Source of the DNA: Vulcanococcus limneticus LL
GTDB taxonomy: Bacteria > Bacteroidota > Bacteroidia > UKL13-3
Assembly: GCA_943361925.1 (NCBI GenBank)
Contig: CALRIT020000018.1
Coordinates: 20,346 to 84,345 of the forward strand
Length of the DNA stretch: 64,000 bases
Direction: 5' to 3'
In this document: piece by piece, positions 58,659-64,000 of the stretch
Layout of the letters: the number at the start of each line of letters is the position of its first letter
Numbering within the stretch: position 1 is the stretch's first letter
Position numbers and translations under genes: made by a program
The notes under the pieces: model-generated
Databases searched by the model: none
What the model was told of the DNA's origin: nothing
The model's input: only the letters and a program-made list of their open reading frames with translations

Positions 58659-59794
58659 TAAATTGATTGATAGAATTTTAAATAGTTCTCTGACATCAAA
58701 GATTTATCGAACTTTTGTAAAGTGATTTTTGAATTGGATAATAACTTAGAACGTTTTTCATCTAAGATATTTAGTTTACTAATTAATGAATGAACATCTG
58801 TTGGTTCGAAGTATAAACAAGAAGATTCTCCAATTTCTTTAAATGGTTCAATATTACTGGCTATAACAGGACACCCAGCTTTAAAAGCTTCAATAATTGG
58901 CCATCCAAAACCCTCAGAAAATGACGGAAAAATCAGACATTCTGCTCCAGATAAGAAGTAATTTAAATCTAGGCTGCTAATATTTGAGAATACAATGATT
59001 TGGTTTTGGATTCCATATGAATCTATTATGTCTTTTTGTTTAGTATTTAACTCTGGGCCAATAAATACGATATTTAGCTCTTTTTTTAATTTGGCTAATT
59101 CAAATAGAATTTCTTTATTTTTTCTTGGAAGGTTAGAGCCTACTGTAAGTAAATATTGTTTTTGAATATGAAAATGTTCTTTTAAATAGTTAGCTGCTAT
59201 TTCCTTATCTATCATTTTTAATTCCTGATTCGTAGAATGATAAATGATTTGTTTTTTATCAGTAGATATATTTGGATTAATAGTTTCAAAATCATTTTTC
59301 GTTTTAGCAGATACAAAAATGATGTTTTTGCATTTTGTTAAACTATAGTTAATGAATAGTTGTAGTTTCTTACCAAAAACACCTGTTTCACAATACGCAT
59401 CTTTGTGGCCCATTGCACCTTTTATTGCCAGCATATCATGACAACTTATTATTGTCTTGGATTTTGGCAAAAAGTGAATGTACAAGGCATTTGAATGGTC
59501 AGTTATGTGGTAAACACAATTGTTTTTTGAAAATGAAGATTGAATTCTTTTATAGATTAAATAAATTATAAAAAGGAAATACTTTTCGAAATAACTTTTC
59601 CATTTACCTAAACCAGCATGTGGTTTTAAATTAAGTGATTTTAAAATGTTGAGAGGTAAGACTACTTCAAAATGAATGTTTTCTGCAATTAAAATAGATT
59701 CTAACATAGAAAGATATCTATTCATACTTTCTTGCTTATCGAATTTAGAGTTGCCAATAAGAACAATTTTTGTAGAGTTAATTCTCTTCATCAA
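58658..59794 (-). CDS. Glycosyltransferase family 4 (GT-B)
   Basis: PSFSEGFGWPIIEAFKAGCPVIASN motif. Confidence 0.8.
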   Translation of the reverse strand: MMKRINSTKIVLIGNSKFDKQESMNRYLSMLESILIAENIHFEVVLPLNILKSLNLKPHAGLGKWKSYFEKYFLFIIYLIYKRIQSSFSKNNCVYHITDHSNALYIHFLPKSKTIISCHDMLAIKGAMGHKDAYCETGVFGKKLQLFINYSLTKCKNIIFVSAKTKNDFETINPNISTDKKQIIYHSTNQELKMIDKEIAANYLKEHFHIQKQYLLTVGSNLPRKNKEILFELAKLKKELNIVFIGPELNTKQKDIIDSYGIQNQIIVFSNISSLDLNYFLSGAECLIFPSFSEGFGWPIIEAFKAGCPVIASNIEPFKEIGESSCLYFEPTDVHSLISKLNILDEKRSKLLSNSKITLQKFDKSLMSENYLKFYQSI

Positions 59795-61094
59795 TATTTA
59801 TTTCATTGCCATTTTTAAATGATGCAAGAATTATTCCACCTAACACTACAATAAATCCAAGTGAAGTGGGTTGTGAAAATGAACCTTGTGGAATAGTAAA
59901 AATACCATAGGTCAAAAGTATATATGGAAGTATTTCATTTATCGATACAAATTCCAGTGCTTTTTTAATCAATTTAATGGTGATTATAACTCGTAATGCT
60001 ATAGTTGTTAATCCAAGTAGTGGCCCCATTTCTCCTATGGTTTTGCCCCATTCTCCTTCTGATATTAAAAATGTTCTAGAGTTGGTTAAAAGCATACTTC
60101 CAACATTTGAACCATATCCAAGTCCATAACCAAAAAATGGTTGGTTTACAGAATTTAATATTGCATTAATCAAACCACCAAGGTATCTATCTATAAATAC
60201 AGATTCAATTCCTCCTTCAGCAGTATTGGCTCTATCTAGTCTAACTAAGAAAACATCAATTGCATTGTTGTAAAAATTGAAATTCTGTATAAAAATGAAC
60301 AATATTAATGTAGAGATAACTGCAATTAAAATATTAGTTCTATATTTTTTTTGTTTAACGATTACGACAATAGTTAGAATTGCACTTATGATTACCTGAA
60401 ATAGTAAAGTCCTGCTAATCGAAATTGGAATAGCAATTAAGAGAGCTAATACTGAACAAATAAGCAAGACTCTATTAATTTCCTTTGAGTTCAAAACAAA
60501 ATAGATATTAAAACATGCACATATACTAAAAAATGAAGTACTTCCACTAATAAATGAAAAGGTTCCAGGTGGTCTTAAGTAGCCCATTGCTCCACTAAAC
60601 CCACCGCCCGAAACATCTCCACCAATACCTCTGTTTATAAATGCAGATTGAGGACTATAAAACTGAATCATAATTAGCAAGCACATTGGGATACTTGTAA
60701 CCAGAAAGAATTTCCCGATTTTAATTACGTCTTCTTTATTTAATACATTCCCTAAAATGAATATAAGTGGTAAATGAAGAATAAAAATTCGTAAACCAAA
60801 TAAAGCAACAAGAAAATCAGCATGGCCAGAGAAGAATGTTGATATAAAACTTATAATTCCTATACTAATCATAGAAATAAGGATTCTATTACTAATGATT
60901 AAGTTTTTTCTATTTGCCTCTAATATGATGAATAATGCCAATGGGTCTCTGATTATCAAAATTATATTTGATAAATCAGGTAGTATCCACTTTCTAATTG
61001 CACCCTCGATAATGATTAAAACCAAATATAACCAAATGGCATTTTTTATCGATCTGTGCCAGTCATTTGAATAAGACATTGAATCAGATTTCAT
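59778..61094 (-). CDS. Wzy-like O-antigen/EPS polymerase (polytopic membrane protein)
   Basis: At least 10 TM segments with a large periplasmic loop. Its position within a GT cluster fits Wzy. Wzy sequences are poorly conserved, so the assignment rests on topology and context. Confidence 0.65.
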   Translation of the reverse strand: MKSDSMSYSNDWHRSIKNAIWLYLVLIIIEGAIRKWILPDLSNIILIIRDPLALFIILEANRKNLIISNRILISMISIGIISFISTFFSGHADFLVALFGLRIFILHLPLIFILGNVLNKEDVIKIGKFFLVTSIPMCLLIMIQFYSPQSAFINRGIGGDVSGGGFSGAMGYLRPPGTFSFISGSTSFFSICACFNIYFVLNSKEINRVLLICSVLALLIAIPISISRTLLFQVIISAILTIVVIVKQKKYRTNILIAVISTLILFIFIQNFNFYNNAIDVFLVRLDRANTAEGGIESVFIDRYLGGLINAILNSVNQPFFGYGLGYGSNVGSMLLTNSRTFLISEGEWGKTIGEMGPLLGLTTIALRVIITIKLIKKALEFVSINEILPYILLTYGIFTIPQGSFSQPTSLGFIVVLGGIILASFKNGNEINIDEEN

Positions 61095-62124
61095 TTGTCT
61101 TAGGTCTCATTGATGTGAGAGGTTTTTCAAAGTATTTATAGGTTATTCTTGAAAAGTAAATGCAAATTACAAGTGCAACTAATTTGGATAATAAATTACC
61201 CATACTATTTAACCTCATATCTTCCATTAATATGTAAACTGTAAATATGATTGGAATATGGGATAAATACATACTATACGACCATTTGCTAATACTAGTA
61301 ATTAATCCATAACCAGGTAAAATAGTTAGTTTTTTGGTCATTGGGATTATAGATGCAAAACCTAGAGGAATTATACTTAACAATAATGGATTTGTTCTTA
61401 CAAACTCATATGAATAACCTGAGAAATAAACGTAAAAAATACTAATAGATAATAAAATAATTCCTATTGAAAATAAGGTATTTGTTATTTTTAAATTGAA
61501 GGTTTTTTTATCTACAAGTATTGCAATAAGTGTTCCATAAGCAATGGCATCAAAACGTGCTAAGGTTATTCCTCTTAAAGAATGACCTACACCCATTTCT
61601 GAAAATATGATTCTTAATATAATTCCAAGTAGGATAAAAATAATTGTATAGTATAAAAGGCCATTCTTTTTGTTTTTAAATTTGAATAGTATCAAGGGTA
61701 GTGGGTAAATTATATAAAACCATTCTTCTATACATAAACTCCATGATACCCCAAAAAATGTTTCATATCTGCTGGTAAAATTTTGAATAAAGATGATACT
61801 TTTGGCAACATTCAACCAATCGTTGAATTGTGGATTGATTAAAATTGTAAAAATGAGTGTAATTACAAAATATAGGTAATAATTGGGTAGAGTACGATAC
61901 CATCTTCTTTTCCAAAAGTTTGATAAACTGTTAAATTTGAATTGTTGATTTGCTGTGTAATAATTGATGATAATACTTCCAATTAAGAAACCACTTAAAG
62001 CAAAAAATAACTCTACACCCCAAAGGCCCAATGAATCTGCCACTTTAAATAGGTGGGCAAGAATAACTAACATTATCGCAGTAAATCTTAGAAAATCTAA
62101 ACCAAAGTTTCTATTTAATTCCAC
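61084..62124 (-). CDS. Acyltransferase family 3 (membrane O-acyltransferase, OatA/WecH-like)
   Basis: N-terminal LDFLRFTAIMLVILAHL motif and 10 TM segments. Confidence 0.85.
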   Translation of the reverse strand: MELNRNFGLDFLRFTAIMLVILAHLFKVADSLGLWGVELFFALSGFLIGSIIINYYTANQQFKFNSLSNFWKRRWYRTLPNYYLYFVITLIFTILINPQFNDWLNVAKSIIFIQNFTSRYETFFGVSWSLCIEEWFYIIYPLPLILFKFKNKKNGLLYYTIIFILLGIILRIIFSEMGVGHSLRGITLARFDAIAYGTLIAILVDKKTFNLKITNTLFSIGIILLSISIFYVYFSGYSYEFVRTNPLLLSIIPLGFASIIPMTKKLTILPGYGLITSISKWSYSMYLSHIPIIFTVYILMEDMRLNSMGNLLSKLVALVICIYFSRITYKYFEKPLTSMRPKTNEI

Positions 62125-63391
62125 TTATTTGTTCTTTAATAAATTCAGCAATTTCAAAACTATAGTTTGCCCATGGTCTGCTTTGGGCTGTATTTAATGC
62201 ATTAAAAGCCAACGAGTATCTAAATTCTTCGTCTATAATGCAGTTTTCAATATTTGTTAAGGCAGATTCTATATCATTTGGTTCAATTACTAAACCATTA
62301 AAATTATGTTTGATAAAATCTTTAGCCATTGTTCTATTTGTAGTTAAAACAGGTAGTCCTTGACTCATAGCTTCAGATAAAACCATTCCAAAGCCCTCAA
62401 ATACAGAGGGGAAAATGAGTAAGTCATTGGACCTCATTTCTTTTAATATTTCCGAATGTGGCATACTTTCAATCCACCTGAATTTCTTCAAATTTTCGTT
62501 TAATACAGGAATTTCATTTGTTGTTTTTCTGCCTATTAAGCTTAGTTCAACATCATGGTTTAAATTTTCAATGATTTTAAAAACTGTTGCAAGTCCTTTT
62601 CTTTGCGTTAACGAGCCTACAAAAAGCAACTTAAATTTTTTGCTCTTATCTCTTTTTCTAATTTGGTTAACACTAATGGTATCCGGAAAACCATAAGGAA
62701 TAGTTTTGATTGATTTTTTATTCGTATTATCTAAAAGAGTTTCTGCTGTATAAGAACTGGCAACAATAATTTCATTAGCTAATTCTATTTCTTCATTTTT
62801 TCTTTCGAATTTTTCTTTCGAATTTTTCAGTCCTACCAAGCTTTTTTCCCATTCAGGATAATTATTTTTTTCTATTTCAAGGATTTGATTCAAAGATTTA
62901 TAATGTCCAATCGATAAATCATAGAAACATTTAATTCCAAGTTTTTGAGCAGTTCTGAAACTATTCAAACAAGCATCTTCATAAGCAAGGACTCCTAAAA
63001 TAGATGAGTGATTTTTTAAAATCGATTTACTAAACCATTTATCATGTTTAGAATAAATACTATCAACAGAAAATAGTCCTGTTTCATGTTTTATCAAGGA
63101 TTCTATTTTTAGACTTAAACACAATTGTCGAGCAAGTTCATTTGATGGATTAGTGAAAGTATAGGATTTAAGTTCTTCACTTATTCTTCTTTTTTCAAAT
63201 GCTTTTAAACCCTGAATTTTACTTAGTTTATGAAAAATATTTCCTTCAAAAACTGCAATACTTGTAAAATATGAATGCAGAATTCCTGAATTATATAAGC
63301 CTTGAAGGCTCTTTTTTACAAATTCGTTACCTGTTGGGTGACTTATCGAAATCATAAAATAAATTTTTCCATAATTTAGAAACGGCTGCAT
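62111..63391 (-). CDS. Glycosyltransferase family 4 (GT-B)
   Basis: PSVFEGFGMVLSEAMSQGLPVLTT motif. The likely true start is MISISHPTGNEF at 63355. Confidence 0.8.
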   Translation of the reverse strand: MQPFLNYGKIYFMISISHPTGNEFVKKSLQGLYNSGILHSYFTSIAVFEGNIFHKLSKIQGLKAFEKRRISEELKSYTFTNPSNELARQLCLSLKIESLIKHETGLFSVDSIYSKHDKWFSKSILKNHSSILGVLAYEDACLNSFRTAQKLGIKCFYDLSIGHYKSLNQILEIEKNNYPEWEKSLVGLKNSKEKFERKNEEIELANEIIVASSYTAETLLDNTNKKSIKTIPYGFPDTISVNQIRKRDKSKKFKLLFVGSLTQRKGLATVFKIIENLNHDVELSLIGRKTTNEIPVLNENLKKFRWIESMPHSEILKEMRSNDLLIFPSVFEGFGMVLSEAMSQGLPVLTTNRTMAKDFIKHNFNGLVIEPNDIESALTNIENCIIDEEFRYSLAFNALNTAQSRPWANYSFEIAEFIKEQISGIK

Positions 63392-64000
63392 TCGAATAAT
63401 GAAGCTCGTAATTTTTAATGTTTTCTATTACAGGAAGAGATTTGTATTCAATGAGTGATTTTCTAAATTCTAATACCAACTCTTTTATTTCATCATAAGT
63501 AGCATTTTGAGGAATTAGAAAGTTGATATCATCGTTTGTTTTTAAATCTGAAATACCACCAATTTCACTGGCAATCCATGGAATTCCGGCAGCTTGGGCT
63601 TCTAATAAACTAATTGGAAGTCCTTCAGAATGTGTGCTTACTAAAATTAAACCATCAATTGAGTTAAAAACATCTTTCAATCCATCAACACTATTAAATG
63701 ATCCATGGTATTGAAGATTTAGATATGAATTAAAATACTTTTGCTTATAAAATTCTTCCTTTCCCCAAATATGAAATTCTATTCCATCATTCCTTAAATC
63801 ATTTGATAATTTTGAAATAATATCAATTCCCTTTTCTTTAATTAACCTGCCAACAAAAGCCAGTTTTATTTTCTCTTTGTCAATTGTCTTATTTTCTATA
63901 ATTATTTGTCTTGAATAACAAGGAATACTTAGGACTTTTCTATTTAAATATTGTCCAACTTCTTTTGAAATATTAGTAGAACAAACTATTAAGTTATTAC
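63327..64000 (-). CDS. Glycosyltransferase family 4 (GT-B); N-terminus lies outside the window
   Basis: By my manual translation the frame is open from 63998 down to the stop at 63327 (..KLAFVGRLIKEKGIDII...STHSEGLPISLLEAQAAGIPWIAS). The track 'start' at 63680 is an internal TTG. Confidence 0.75.
   Translation of the reverse strand, partial: NNLIVCSTNISKEVGQYLNRKVLSIPCYSRQIIIENKTIDKEKIKLAFVGRLIKEKGIDIISKLSNDLRNDGIEFHIWGKEEFYKQKYFNSYLNLQYHGSFNSVDGLKDVFNSIDGLILVSTHSEGLPISLLEAQAAGIPWIASEIGGISDLKTNDDINFLIPQNATYDEIKELVLEFRKSLIEYKSLPVIENIKNYELHYSNAAVSKLWKNLFYDFDKSPNR

Noticed and set aside
1-64000. tRNA, rRNA, tmRNA, RNase P, SRP RNA, CRISPR arrays, IS elements, integrases and prophage genes.
   Set aside because: I scanned the intergenic regions by eye for the conserved cores (for example GTTCGAATC T-loops, the GAGGAAAGTCC motif of RNase P, regular repeat-spacer patterns, terminal inverted repeats with a transposase). 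I found none. Small or divergent ncRNAs cannot be excluded without covariance models.

Overview
AT-rich Bacteroidota chromosome segment, probably Flavobacteriia or a Cryomorphaceae/Crocinitomicaceae-like lineage. That assignment is an inference from the T9SS C-terminal sorting domains, the PorP/SprF gene, the DUF5683-parAB-dapB-lepB arrangement and the general lack of Shine-Dalgarno sites. I found no rRNA, tRNA, CRISPR array, transposase, integrase or phage gene.

Layout:
- 1-8.8 kb: a giant, 5'-truncated PKD-repeat adhesin with a type-B T9SS C-terminal domain, its cognate PorP/SprF gene, and a T9SS beta-propeller protein.
- 9-11.8 kb: a small accessory islet. A DUF4143 AAA ATPase is bracketed by two identical 35-bp perfect palindromes and converges on a DUF1016/YhcG PD-(D/E)XK nuclease.
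- 12-40 kb: housekeeping genes (rseP, tag, yhhQ-like, lysA, lepB, dapB, parAB, ald-like, tsaE, proline dehydrogenase, aroB-aroA-aroC, topA, fabH-like). Secreted T9SS enzymes are interspersed: a PAD/agmatine-deiminase-family protein divergent from a cytoplasmic amidinotransferase-like enzyme, and an M43 metalloprotease.
- 40.4-44 kb: three unrecognised envelope genes (a YD-like lipoprotein, then an overlapping small OM barrel plus a 651-aa lipoprotein).
- 44.0-45.2 kb: a 1.2-kb stretch with no tracked ORF. It holds a GC-rich perfect 24-bp-stem hairpin, and gene orientation flips across it.
- 45.2-64 kb: a single-strand array of 14 tightly packed genes. A Wzy-type polysaccharide locus (7 glycosyltransferases, 3 acyltransferases, a Wzy-like polymerase, a WbaP-like initiating transferase, one unknown 253-aa protein and a small OM barrel) runs without a break into a TonB-dependent receptor and a 1053-aa T9SS surface protein.

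The best candidates for something undescribed are the palindrome-bracketed ATPase cassette, the ORF-free region with its GC hairpin, the receptor plus surface protein fused to the polysaccharide operon, and the divergent pair of guanidino-modifying enzymes. All functional calls rest on recognised motifs in the supplied translations. No database search was possible.
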